From positions 160,001 to 224,000 of the forward strand of contig CAVRUC010000008.1 in the NCBI GenBank assembly GCA_963724295.1: a stretch of DNA of 64,000 nucleotides, read 5' to 3'. The number at the start of each line of letters is the position of its first letter. Within the stretch, counting starts at the first letter, position 1. This document shows positions 32,520 to 42,679 of the stretch, piece after piece. The position numbers were made by a program, and so were the translations under genes. Source of the DNA: an uncultured Chloroflexia bacterium (lineage in GTDB: Bacteria; Chloroflexota; Chloroflexia; Thermomicrobiales; UBA6265). The notes beneath the pieces were generated by a model. It searched no databases and had not been told where the DNA came from. It worked only from the letters and a program-made list of their open reading frames with translations.

Positions 32520-34319
32520 GTGAGCGATGCGAGAAGAATCGAAGACTACGGACTCCTGGGCGATTTGCAGACGGCGGTGCTGGTGCATCGCACCGGTTCG
32601 ATCGACTGGTGCTGTTTCCCCCGATTCGATTCGGGCGCCTGTTTCGCCGCCCTCCTGGGCGAGCCGGAGCACGGCCGCTGGCTTCTCGCTCCGGCGGCGG
32701 AGACGCGCCGCATCGAACGCCGCTACCGGCCTCATACCCTGATCCTGGAGACGATCCACGAGACGGCGGACGGGAGCGTCCGCGTCATCGACTTCATGCC
32801 GCCGCGGGGAAAGGCGCCCGATATCGTCCGCATCGTAGAAGGGATCTCGGGGCGGGTCCCCATGCGGTCCCAGCTGATCATCCGCTTCGACTACGGGCAT
32901 ATCGTGCCCTGGGTGCGGCACATCGGCGATGCCCGCGTCGCGATCGCCGGTCCGGACGCGCTCTGCTTGCGCACCCCGGTCGACGTCCACGGTGAGGCGC
33001 TGACGACGGTCTCGGATTTTGTCGTCGCTCCCGGCGATCGGGTGCCATTCGTACTGACCTGGTTCCCTTCCCACGAGGCCGTGCCGGAGCCGGTCGACGC
33101 CGACGTGGCGCTGGCCGAAACCGAGTCGTTCTGGCGCGGCTGGGCGAACGCCGATCAGCACCATGGTTCCTACCATGAAGATATCCACCAGTCGTTGCTG
33201 GTCCTCAAGGCGCTCACGTACGCCCCAACCGGCGGCATCGTCGCCGCACCGACCACGTCACTGCCGGAGCGAATCGGCGGTGTCCGCAACTGGGACTACC
33301 GCTACTGCTGGCTCCGCGACGCCAGCTTGACCCTGCTGGCGATGCTCAGCGCCGGCTACCGGGACGAGGCATTGGCGTGGCGCGAGTGGTTGCTGCGCAC
33401 CGTCGCGGGCGAACCCGGCGATGTTCAGATCATGTACGGCGTGGCAGGCGAGCGTCGCATCGAGGAGCGGATCATCCCGTGGCTGCCGGGTTTCGCCGAT
33501 TCACAGCCGGTGCGGGTCGGTAATGCCGCCTCGCACCAGAGCCAGCTTGACATCTACGGCGAGGTGCTGGACGCGGCCTATCAGACGCTCGCACAGGGCA
33601 TCGAGGGCTCGGAGTTTGGGTGGTCGCTCGTCAAGCAACTCATGGCCTGGCTGGCGGACCACTGGCACGAGGAGGATGCCGGCATCTGGGAAGTCCGCGG
33701 GCCGTTACGGGACTTCACCCACTCGAAGGTGATGGCCTGGGTGGCCTTCGATCGCGCCGTCCGTATCCATGAAGAGTTCGGGCGTGACGGCCCGGTGGAT
33801 CAGTGGCGGGAGCTCCGCGACGAGATCAAGGACCAGGTGCTCAGGTGTGGCTGGAGCGAGCGCAAGCAGGCGTTTTCCCAGTCGTATGGATCGGACGAGC
33901 TCGACGCCAGCATCCTGCTCATGCCGATCGTCGGCTTTCTGCCGGCAGATGATCCACGGTTCGTCTCGACCGTCGAGGCGATCCGACGCGAGCTGAGTGT
34001 TGACGGACTTCTGCTTCGCTACCGAAGCCAGGACGAGCAACAGGTCGATGGGCTGCCGGCGGGTGAAGGGGTCTTCCTGGCCTGCTCGTTCTGGCTGGTC
34101 GAGGTCCTCGCATTGCAGGGCAAGCTGGACGAAGCCCAGGACCTATTCGATCGCCTGCTCGGCCTGCGCAACGATCTTGGACTCCTGAGCGAAGAATACG
34201 ATCCGCGGGCCGGAATGCAGCTCGGCAACTTTCCTCAGGCGTTCACGCATCTGGCACTCGTCGAGGCCGCGCTCACCCTCGCCAAGCACCGCTCGCCGCG
34301 AGGCGTCGCATCCGTGTGA
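32520..34319 (+). CDS. Glycoside hydrolase family 15 (trehalase/glucoamylase-like)
   Basis: IEDYGLLGD, AAPTTSLPE..GG.RNWDYRYCWLRD, QLDIYGE, GLLSEEY, GNFPQAFTH. Confidence 0.93.
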   Translation: MSDARRIEDYGLLGDLQTAVLVHRTGSIDWCCFPRFDSGACFAALLGEPEHGRWLLAPAAETRRIERRYRPHTLILETIHETADGSVRVIDFMPPRGKAPDIVRIVEGISGRVPMRSQLIIRFDYGHIVPWVRHIGDARVAIAGPDALCLRTPVDVHGEALTTVSDFVVAPGDRVPFVLTWFPSHEAVPEPVDADVALAETESFWRGWANADQHHGSYHEDIHQSLLVLKALTYAPTGGIVAAPTTSLPERIGGVRNWDYRYCWLRDASLTLLAMLSAGYRDEALAWREWLLRTVAGEPGDVQIMYGVAGERRIEERIIPWLPGFADSQPVRVGNAASHQSQLDIYGEVLDAAYQTLAQGIEGSEFGWSLVKQLMAWLADHWHEEDAGIWEVRGPLRDFTHSKVMAWVAFDRAVRIHEEFGRDGPVDQWRELRDEIKDQVLRCGWSERKQAFSQSYGSDELDASILLMPIVGFLPADDPRFVSTVEAIRRELSVDGLLLRYRSQDEQQVDGLPAGEGVFLACSFWLVEVLALQGKLDEAQDLFDRLLGLRNDLGLLSEEYDPRAGMQLGNFPQAFTHLALVEAALTLAKHRSPRGVASV

Positions 34320-34351
34320 CGAACGCCCTCATCTCTACCCCTCTCAAGACG

Positions 34352-34461
34352 CCCTCACCCCAAACCCCTCTCCCAGTGCGCTGGGCGAGGGGCTACGAGT
34401 GCTTGGCTAAGCCGTACTTCCTTCTCCCCGCTCCGAGGGGAGAAGGGCCGGGGATGAGGGG
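34352..34461. repeat. Inverted pair of CCCTCACCC...CCCTCTCCC-type REP palindromes
   Basis: CCCTCACCCCAAACCCCTCTCCCAG..CTGGGCGAGGGG and CTTCTCCCC..GGGGAGAAGGGCCGGGGATGAGGGG. Confidence 0.75.
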
Positions 34462-34603
34462 TTAGTGCCGGTGTTGAAAGGGAGTCGTCGGACCCACCTT
34501 TGATGTCGAGCCGACTTCCACCGGGTCCCGTTTTGCGAGACCCTGTATGGTCGGACGCAATCGGCATCTCTCGAAAACACTGGTTCAGAGAAAGGAGCGG
34601 CGT

Positions 34604-35137
34604 GTGGCCTTCACCGTCAAGAAGCGCGGCAAGCTGACCTACTACTCCCAAGGCGAGCGGCCGGTGCTCTCTTCACTGGTGACCGAGGAGCTCCCGGACG
34701 GCGACCTCAAGATCTCCTTCGCCGGTCTCACCGGTGGTTACTCAGCAAAGAACGTCCTGGGACGTGACGAGCTGGTGACGATGGACCCGGCGCGGGAGAT
34801 TCCGCTGGTCTTCGAATGCTGGGAGCTCTGGCTGCGGGAGGCGGGGATCTGCAACTCGCTGCGTGACGTCGATTTCATCGAGATCCACGCCTTCGGCTGC
34901 CAGCCCAAGAGCCCCAACCCACTGGTCGATCCCACCGGCTTCGCGCGGGAGCAGGAGCGGCTGCGTAAGGCCTACGCGGACGCCTACGCCGGCTACTTCG
35001 CGACCCATCTGCCCGACAACGGCGTCCCGTGTCGCTTCACCGTCCACGTCGTCGACGTTCCCGACACGGCCGCCTCGTACGAGTTCTACGGCACCGCCCT
35101 CCTGCAACGGTCGCTGCAAGGGCAAGACCGGGACTAA
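34604..35137 (+). CDS. Hypothetical protein, probable divergent RidA/YjgF (Rid) fold
   Basis: GAAAGGAG SD plus GTG; ISFAGLTG, L.EAG...DV, YAGYF...PCRFTVHV..VP..A.YE follow the Rid motif order. Confidence 0.7.
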   Translation: MAFTVKKRGKLTYYSQGERPVLSSLVTEELPDGDLKISFAGLTGGYSAKNVLGRDELVTMDPAREIPLVFECWELWLREAGICNSLRDVDFIEIHAFGCQPKSPNPLVDPTGFAREQERLRKAYADAYAGYFATHLPDNGVPCRFTVHVVDVPDTAASYEFYGTALLQRSLQGQDRD

Positions 35138-35174
35138 GGCCCAGGAACAAGGGCGATTAAGGAGCATCCGGCCT

Positions 35175-35546
35175 CTAGAACCCCGGCGGCTCTGGCGGCT
35201 CGAGCTTGTCGCTCTCTTCCCCGGGCGGCGTCTCACCGACCCCCCATTCATGGTCGGGTCGCGGGGTGAAAGCCCCAAGACGCATCAGCGCCGCTTCCTG
35301 CTCGGCCAGAGTCTGATCACCCAGGATCACTTCCGCCAGATGCTGGGCCTGTCGGGAGTCGACTCGGCCGTCCGCGCCAAGCCCGAACTCGCCCGCCATC
35401 GCGCGCTGGACACGATCTATGGCGACTTCGAAGCCGCGAGCGATCTGCTCGGCCGAAAATCGCCCGTTTTCCCCCTGTGCTTCTCCGGCCGGGGCGTACT
35501 CGCCCGGGGCTTCCAGCCCAGCGTTGATCCGAGGCTCATCCATCAT
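35175..35546 (-). CDS. Hypothetical acidic protein
   Basis: MMDEPRIN...; coding-like composition, convergent with the upstream gene. Confidence 0.6.
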   Translation of the reverse strand: MMDEPRINAGLEAPGEYAPAGEAQGENGRFSAEQIARGFEVAIDRVQRAMAGEFGLGADGRVDSRQAQHLAEVILGDQTLAEQEAALMRLGAFTPRPDHEWGVGETPPGEESDKLEPPEPPGF

Positions 35547-35775
35547 TCCCGTCTTTCCATTGCAGATGTCTCCGATTGACCTACTGGAACCGGAGCAGGG
35601 CGCGCCTTTATCGGGTACGTGCAGCTCCGGGCGCTCTCGGTCGGTGAAGCGAACCATCAATTGTGCTGGAGCCCAACGCACGACACATGCCGCCAGAAGA
35701 ATGGAACGTGGCGCTTCATGGCGGGCCGTTCTGGATATCCCCACCCCTGCCCCATCCGGAAGTGGCTCGCCTGGC

Positions 35776-36640
35776 TCATAGAATCCAGACCGCCACCAGC
35801 ATGCCGTAGTACGTCGGCGCCTCGTAACTGAGCAGCTCGCCATTCATCGGCGTTACGTCAAGCGCCCCGCCCAGCATAAGGGCTTGCCAGAGACCGTCGA
35901 TGGCGGCGGCTCGGGCTCGTCCTTCATCGAGATCGATGAGACGCAGCACGTGGTTGGCTTGCACCGCCGCCACGACCTCGGCATCGACCGCGGCCGATTC
36001 CGGATGGAAGCCGAACGGACCGGTGGCGGCATGCGCGTGCCCCCAGTCACAGGACGCAATGAACACCGATGCGGCGCGGCTCAGCCGCGCTCACCTCGGC
36101 GACCACGCGTCCGAAATCCACCAGTGTTTCTCGGGGCAGGCTGCGCGATGGGGTAACAATGACCGCCGGGGGGCCGATATCCGCCGCGGGCGGATCGGCG
36201 AGCACATCCCCGTGACCGCGCATGTTCTGACCGTGCCCGAGAAACCAGAGCGGGGTGAGGATGCCCCAATCGAGCGGCAGCACGCTCTGGTCCCGCCGGT
36301 TTCCCCCGTATCCCGCTAAAGCAATCGGGATTCCCCGCTCCCTGGCCGTTGCCACGATAGCGTCGGTCAACGGCCCGTCGACCGGAACATTCAGCTCGAC
36401 GTGCCGCCCCTGCCATGCCAGGGTGCCCGCTGCTCGCGCCGTATCGGCGAGGCAGATGGCGCCGTCGACGCGCACGCCATGCGGCCCGGCGATCACCAAC
36501 GCCTCGACGCCGGCGGCCACGGCGCGCCGTCCCAGTTCCTCCATCGCGGCACGCGTCGCCAGTGCCCCGCCGGCGTCGTCGCTGAGATCCGGGATCAGCG
36601 GGAAGCCGTGCGGCGCGATGGCGGCGAAGACAAGTGGCAT
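35776..36640 (-). CDS. Class III extradiol dioxygenase subunit B-like (LigB) protein (frameshift near 36068)
   Basis: LVFAAIAPHG, GPHG, LDWG..TPLWFL, IASCDWGHAH...GPFGF, YEAPTYYGM. Confidence 0.82.
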
Positions 36641-36688
36641 GGTCGGGAGCCTCCCCAGGCTGCACGATCCGTCGAGCGTCGTCTACGC

Positions 36689-37869
36689 CTATTCTGCTGC
36701 GATCGCGCTACTGTGATGGGTCCGAATATCTTGCCAGGAGACCGCTGCGATAACGAGCAGCGCCACGATCGAGAGCGCCAGGGGCGCCCACTCTCTCCCG
36801 ATCACCGCAACGATGCCAAGGGTCGCGATCGCCGCCAGGCGAGACATTGACCAGCCGCCGAAGACCGCGTGTTTGAACAGCAGGTGCCCCGCCAGGAACA
36901 GCGCCGGACCTCCCAGCACCGTGGCCACGATATCCGGGGCGACATGCCCGAACGGGTGCGCGAGAACCAGTTCGTCGCCGGCGGCGGTGACGATGATCCC
37001 GGCCACCATCAGAATGTGAAGGTAGGTGTAGGCAAACAGGCCCAACCGTCCGGGATCGCTCGAAGACTCGAAGGCGCGCTCCGCGGCATCGAAGCTGAGA
37101 TCGAAATAGACCCACCAGAGCGCGACACTGACGAGGAAGGCGACGACGAATGCCGCCAGCGTCGCTGGACTGATGTCGAGCTGGCCAAACGTCCCGCCGG
37201 TAACCAGGATCGACTCGCCGAGCGCGATGATGATAAAGAGCTCGCAACGCTCGGCCATGTGGGCGCCGCTGATATTCCAGTCGCGGGTCGTGGAACGACC
37301 CAGTCCGGGGGTGAAGAATCCAAGGGCAGGACCGGACGAGTCCACCGCCACGGCGGCGACCCAGAAGATAGGGCGCAGCGGTCCGACCGCGAGACCACCC
37401 GCGAGCCAGAGCAGTCCGGATGCCGCCCGCCACGCCAGAATTCGCTGAAAGTTGCGGTGGAGCCCCGGCTGTCCCGCGTCGCCACAACCGCGAACACGAA
37501 GCGCCCGAGCTGCAGCGCCACAAATGGGATCGCAAAGAGGAGCCCGCGATCGCCGAACGCCTCGGGCAAGGCGACCGCCATGATCAACGTTGCCACCATG
37601 ACGCCAATCAGCACGAAGCGCACCGGTCGCCGGTCCGGATTGAACCAGTTGGTGAACCAGGCCGTGTCGATCCAGGCCAACCACAATGCCAGGAGCAACA
37701 ACGCGGTCTGGAACGCCCCGCCAGCGTCCAGGTTCGTGAGGAGAAGGTGGGAGAGCTGGGTGATCGCAAACACGAAGACGAGGTCGAAAAAGAGCTCCAT
37801 GGAGGAGACCCGATGGTCGCGCTCGCCGTCGCCGCGCAGCAGTCCCCGGGCGTGCAGCCGCTCGATCAT
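36689..37869 (-). CDS. ltrA: Low temperature requirement protein A (frameshift near 37465)
   Basis: ELFFDLVFVFAITQLS, HMAERCELFIIIALGESI, LWWVYF, YTYLH. Confidence 0.88.
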
Positions 37870-38013
37870 GGGTTCCTCACCATTGCCCGACGGGTGGTTG
37901 GGTCGATCAGATCCCCATCGACCGCAACCCAATCATCTAGCCTCGAATCCGGCACACCGTCGCCAGTGGGCTATGATCGCCGACCGGAGAAACGCGCGTT
38001 AGGGAGGCAATCA

Positions 38014-39714
38014 ATGACCCTCGGGTTCCCGGGATCGCTTGACACAACGAAGGCGGCAAGCTGCGACAGGCGGCGAATCAGCCCCGTCATGGCGCGAGAC
38101 GGCATCATCGGCGCGCAGCATCCCCTCGTCTCGTCGACCGGATTGCGTGTGCTGGCGACGGGCGGCAATGCGGTCGACGCGGCGGTCGCGGCCGCGCTGG
38201 TCGCCACGGTCGTCATGCCTGGTCGCTGTGGCATTGGGGGCGATCTCTTCGCCATCGTCGCCCGCGCCAATCCTTCTGGCGCCGCCGAGAACGGAGATCT
38301 GCTGGCCTTCCATGGCAGCGGGATCGCCCCCCGGGGCGCCTCGCTCGAGTTCATGCGTGAACATGGCCAGGAGTCAGCAAGTGGCCGCCGCGTGATGCCA
38401 CAAGATGGACCGCTCTCGCCATCAGTTCCCGGGTTCGTCGATGGCTGCTTCGAGCTGCTCGAGCGGTTCGGGACGCGACCGTTTGCGGAGTTAGTCGCCT
38501 CCGCGATCGGCTATGCCGAAGAGGGAGTCGTCGTTTCGCCGGCCGAGCACCTCGCCATCGTGAACCACGCCGAGCGCCTCGGACGCTACCCGGCTAGCGC
38601 CGCGGTCTTCCTCCCAGGCGGGGCGCCGCCGCGACCTGGCGACATCCTGCGTCAGCCGGACCTCGCCCGCTCCCTGGCGCTCATTGCTCGCGGCGGTCCG
38701 GACGCATTCTATCGAGGCGAGATCGCGCGGGCCATCGCCTCATTCCTGGCGGCGAACGGCGGCGCGTTGACCGCCGACGATTTCGCGGACCACACGACCG
38801 AGGTCTCCCCTCCTCTCGCTTCAACCTACCGCGGGTACACCGTCTATGAGACCGGGCTGCCGACGCCCGGATTCGTTGTCCTCGAAGCGCTCAATATCTG
38901 CGAGCAGGCGCCGATTGGGGATATGGGTCTGCGGTCTGCGGGTGCCGTTCACACCGAAGTCTCGGCACTCCGTCTCGCCTTCGCCGACCGCCTTGCCTTC
39001 GCCGGGGATCCAGATTATGTCGACACGCCGGTGGCCAAGCTGATTTCGAAGGAGTGGGCTGCTGAGCGCTACGCCACGATCGACTCTCGATTCGCTTCGA
39101 CGATTGATGCCGGGATGATCGCCGTCGGCGACACCACCTCGCTTAGCGTCATCGACGCGGACGGCCTGATGATCTCGCTGATCTTCACCCTCTCCGAGAT
39201 CTACGGATCAGCGGTAGTCGCCGGTGACACGGGCATCCTGCTCACCAACCGCGCCGGCAACTGCTTCGAGCTGGAGGAGGGCCACCCGAACATCTACGCG
39301 CCTGGCAAGCGGACGATGCACACCCTCAACTGCTATCTGATTGCAGACCAGGACGGGTCACCGGTCCTCGTGGGGAACACACCGGGTGGAGACTTCCAAC
39401 CACAGTGGAATTTGCAGACCATCACGGGACTCATCGATGGCGGTCTTGACGTGCAGGCGGCGATCGAGCAGCCGCGCTGGCATCTCTATCCCGCCACGTA
39501 TCCGGAAAAACTTGGCGACCCCTTCTTGCTCTCGGTCGAGGACCGTCTCGGCGAGGAGACGATTGCTGAATTGGAGAGCATGGGCTACCCGATCAAACGC
39601 GTCGGAGAATGGGGCGCGGGCGGCTCGGTGCAGGTGATCGCTCGCGATCCCGAAACGGGCATCCTGGCCGGTGGCTCCGACCCTCGCGCGGAAGGCATGG
39701 CGATCGGCCTTTGA
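38014..39714 (+). CDS. ggt: Gamma-glutamyltransferase family protein
   Basis: GGNAVDAAVA, GIGGDLF, DAFYRGEIA, catalytic GDTTSLSVID, PGKRTMHTL, TPGG, SDPR.EG. Confidence 0.93.
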   Translation: MTLGFPGSLDTTKAASCDRRRISPVMARDGIIGAQHPLVSSTGLRVLATGGNAVDAAVAAALVATVVMPGRCGIGGDLFAIVARANPSGAAENGDLLAFHGSGIAPRGASLEFMREHGQESASGRRVMPQDGPLSPSVPGFVDGCFELLERFGTRPFAELVASAIGYAEEGVVVSPAEHLAIVNHAERLGRYPASAAVFLPGGAPPRPGDILRQPDLARSLALIARGGPDAFYRGEIARAIASFLAANGGALTADDFADHTTEVSPPLASTYRGYTVYETGLPTPGFVVLEALNICEQAPIGDMGLRSAGAVHTEVSALRLAFADRLAFAGDPDYVDTPVAKLISKEWAAERYATIDSRFASTIDAGMIAVGDTTSLSVIDADGLMISLIFTLSEIYGSAVVAGDTGILLTNRAGNCFELEEGHPNIYAPGKRTMHTLNCYLIADQDGSPVLVGNTPGGDFQPQWNLQTITGLIDGGLDVQAAIEQPRWHLYPATYPEKLGDPFLLSVEDRLGEETIAELESMGYPIKRVGEWGAGGSVQVIARDPETGILAGGSDPRAEGMAIGL

Positions 39715-39737
39715 CAAGGTCGACGGAGTGATAGGAT
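39711..39737 (+). promoter_or_regulatory. Candidate sigma70 promoter for the third Opp operon
   Basis: TTGACA (39711) and extended -10 TGaTAGGAT (39729-39737); the 15-bp spacer is short. Confidence 0.4.
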
Positions 39738-39935
39738 GAAGACCTCGTTATTCGCGCACCATGGAAAGGAGGCGCCGACGGTTACGTCCGAGTGATTCTC
39801 TCATTGGAGACCTTCGGCTACGTGACCGACAGATCGAACCAGACATCGGGCAACCACGGCACGCAACCCGCCGTCGCGGCCGGTCGCTTTCAACATCGAT
39901 CGGGCCGGGGCGAGCGCACCCAGGAGGAATTACCG

Positions 39936-41573
39936 ATGGCACGGATCGACTGGAGCGTTTTGAGCGGACCGCGCGTCTCGCGCCGGACCATGCTTTCACT
40001 GGCGGCCGCGTCGGGGGCGGCGGGGTATGCCAGCCGGCTGGCGGCGGTCGACGCCGCGCCGATCCCGGCGACGTGGACGAATCGCCCGGCCATGGCCCAG
40101 GGAGAGCCGAAACCCGGTGGCACGCTCAACCTCGGCTTTGGCATCAGCCAGATCCCCAACCTCGACCCGGCCAAGGTCAACCTCGGACTCGTCGCCGGCG
40201 GGATGCTGCCGCTCATCTTTTCCAGCCTGCTCCAGTTCGACAGCGAGCTCGGGCTGGTTGCTGACCTCGCCGAGGATTGGACGGTCAGCGAGGACGGGCT
40301 CAATTACAGCTTCACCCTGCGCGATGGTCTCACGTTCCACAACGGCGATCCGCTCAAAGCCGAGGACATCATCTTCACCTATGAGCGGACCATCGATCCT
40401 GACTTCGCCTCGCCGCACGCGAACAAGCTGGCGCTGGTAGAGGCGGTCGACGCGCCTGACGATCTGACCGTCAATTTCACCCTGAGCGCTCCGTTCGCGC
40501 CGTTCCTGTCCGTCGCCTTCACCCGCGGTCCGGGTCGCGCCATGACACCGATCTCACGGCGCGCCTTCGAAGAGATGGGTGAGGACCAGTTTGACCAGAC
40601 GCCGGTCGGCGCCGGTCCGTTTGCCCTCAACGCCGAGACAGCCGATCTCAGCAGCGGGTTCGAGTTGGTCGCTTTCGACGGCTGGTATGGCGGCCGGCCG
40701 CTCCTGGACAGCATCGAGGTCACCTTGATCGCCGAGCCGTCGAGCCGGATCAGCGCGCTCGAGGCCGGCGACGTCGACATGCTCGATATTGTGCCGGCGA
40801 TCGGCACGGCCCAGGTATCCGAGAATCCGGACATCACTCTCGTCCAACTCCCCGGAACGAGCTGGGAGGGGTTGGCGATGAATTGGGCTCGCCCGCCGTG
40901 GGACAACCCGGAGGCGCGGATGGCCGTGGCCAAGGCGATCAACCGGGACGATCTCATTGAGACAGCGATGTTTGGTCTGGCGACGCCATCCATCGGCGCG
41001 ATCGCGCCCGCCTTTGCCTGGGCATACGTTTCGCCAGAGGGGGCCGAAAATCCGCAGGCATTCAATCTCGAGGAGGCCACAGCGCTCGCCGAAACTGCCG
41101 GCATCGCCGGCGCCGCGCCAACCCTGATGGTCTTTGAAGATGATCAGCGTCCGGCTGAAGTTCTGCGCAACCAGCTCGCCGATATCGGGCTCGACGTCCA
41201 GATCGAGCAGCTGCAACAGGCCGCCTGGAACGAGCGGTGGCTCGCCGGCGACTATGACTGGATCATTAACGGCAGTGTCGCCGATGCCGACCCGGACGAC
41301 GGCCACTGGAACTTCTTCGCGACCGAAGGTCCCTGGAACTCGTATGGCTATGAAAATCCGGAAGTCAACGAGCTCCTGATCGCCACGCGCGAAACCAGCG
41401 ATCAGGAGGAGCGCGCGGCGCTCTTCCTGGAAGTGCAGGCGCTCCTGCAACAGGACGTGCCGCACGCGTTCCTCTATCACACACTCGATATCACCGGGTT
41501 TCACAACGACGTCCAGGGCTACGTTCCGATCCCCGAGCTGCGCCACTTGGAGACGGTCTGGCTGGATAGATAG
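39936..41573 (+). CDS. Opp/Dpp ABC substrate-binding protein, Tat signal
   Basis: SRRTML, PKPGGTL, LAEDW.VSEDG, FHNGDP, PVGAGPF; AGGAGG SD. Confidence 0.93.
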   Translation: MARIDWSVLSGPRVSRRTMLSLAAASGAAGYASRLAAVDAAPIPATWTNRPAMAQGEPKPGGTLNLGFGISQIPNLDPAKVNLGLVAGGMLPLIFSSLLQFDSELGLVADLAEDWTVSEDGLNYSFTLRDGLTFHNGDPLKAEDIIFTYERTIDPDFASPHANKLALVEAVDAPDDLTVNFTLSAPFAPFLSVAFTRGPGRAMTPISRRAFEEMGEDQFDQTPVGAGPFALNAETADLSSGFELVAFDGWYGGRPLLDSIEVTLIAEPSSRISALEAGDVDMLDIVPAIGTAQVSENPDITLVQLPGTSWEGLAMNWARPPWDNPEARMAVAKAINRDDLIETAMFGLATPSIGAIAPAFAWAYVSPEGAENPQAFNLEEATALAETAGIAGAAPTLMVFEDDQRPAEVLRNQLADIGLDVQIEQLQQAAWNERWLAGDYDWIINGSVADADPDDGHWNFFATEGPWNSYGYENPEVNELLIATRETSDQEERAALFLEVQALLQQDVPHAFLYHTLDITGFHNDVQGYVPIPELRHLETVWLDR

Positions 41574-41577
41574 AAAT

Positions 41578-41712
41578 GTCGGTAAGTCGGTGAGTCGGTG
41601 AGTCGGTGAGTAGAAGGTGAGGGTGTAGGGGCGACAACGCGATGCGATCACGATGACCGCTCACTTGTAACTCGCCACTAACCGACTTACCGACTCACCG
41701 ACTTGCCGACTT
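41578..41712. repeat. Composite palindrome with (GTCGGTRA)n arms
   Basis: GTCGGTAAGTCGGTGAGTCGGTGAGTCGGTGAG ... ACCGACTTACCGACTCACCGACTTGCCGACTT. Confidence 0.85.
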
Positions 41713-41731
41713 CTTTCCGGCGGAGCAAGCC

Positions 41732-42679
41732 GTGACCCAGTACATCCTGCGGCGGCTGATCCAATCCGCGTTCATCATCTGGGGCTGCGCCACGCTCGTC
41801 TTCTTCATGCTGCGGCTGATCCCCGGCGACCCGGTCGTACAGATGCTGGGACCGGAGTACACGCCGGAGGCCGCCGCGGCGCTACGCCTGAAACTCGGGC
41901 TCAACGAGCCGCTGCACATGCAGTACCTGCTCTGGTTTGGCCGCATGCTAACCGGCGATCTCGGTGGCTCGATCGCCACTGGCGAAACCGTGTCCGAGAT
42001 CATCCTGACCGGGCTGCCGAAGACGTTGAGCCTTGCCGGGTTGTCCTTCCTGATCGCGGTTACTATCGCGGTGCCGGCCGGGATCATCGCCGCGCTGCGG
42101 CGAAACACGGCATTCGATTTTGCCGCCAGCATCGTGGCGTTCGTCGGCGTCAGCATGCCGAGCTTCTGGTTTGGCATCCTGCTCATCCTCATCTTCGCGG
42201 TGCAGCTGCGCTGGCTGCCGGCGATCGGCTACGCCGAGTTGACGGAGGATGGCTTCGTCGCGTGGCTGGAGCGGCTGATCCTGCCGAGTCTGGCCATTGG
42301 CGCCGGCTACTCCGCGATCCTGATGCGCTTCGTCCGCGCCGGACTGCTCGAGGTGCTCGGCAGCGATTACGTGCGGACGGCCCGCGCCAAAGGCGTGCGC
42401 GAGCGCGCCGTGGTTCTTCGCCATGCCCTGCGCAATGCGCTGATCCCGGTGGTGACGGTCATCGGCATTCAGCTGGCGCTGTTGCTGAGCGGCACCGTGG
42501 TCGTCGAGACCGTCTTCTCGATCCGCGGCATCGGTCGCATCCTCGTCGGCGCCATCTTCGACCGTGACTACCCGATCGTGCAGGGCGTCATTCTTGTCAT
42601 CGCCGTCATCTTCGTCCTGGCCAATTTAATCGTCGACATCGTCTACACTTTCATCGACCCCAGGATTCGTTATGGCTAG
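41732..42679 (+). CDS. Opp/Dpp ABC permease (DppB-like)
   Basis: PGDPV, DYVRTARAKG, HALRNALIP, RDYPIVQG. Confidence 0.93.
   Translation: MTQYILRRLIQSAFIIWGCATLVFFMLRLIPGDPVVQMLGPEYTPEAAAALRLKLGLNEPLHMQYLLWFGRMLTGDLGGSIATGETVSEIILTGLPKTLSLAGLSFLIAVTIAVPAGIIAALRRNTAFDFAASIVAFVGVSMPSFWFGILLILIFAVQLRWLPAIGYAELTEDGFVAWLERLILPSLAIGAGYSAILMRFVRAGLLEVLGSDYVRTARAKGVRERAVVLRHALRNALIPVVTVIGIQLALLLSGTVVVETVFSIRGIGRILVGAIFDRDYPIVQGVILVIAVIFVLANLIVDIVYTFIDPRIRYG

Noticed and set aside
35250..35290. FMN riboswitch-like CGGGGTGAAAGCCCC
   Set aside because: The rest of the RFN consensus is missing, and it lies within a probable minus-strand CDS
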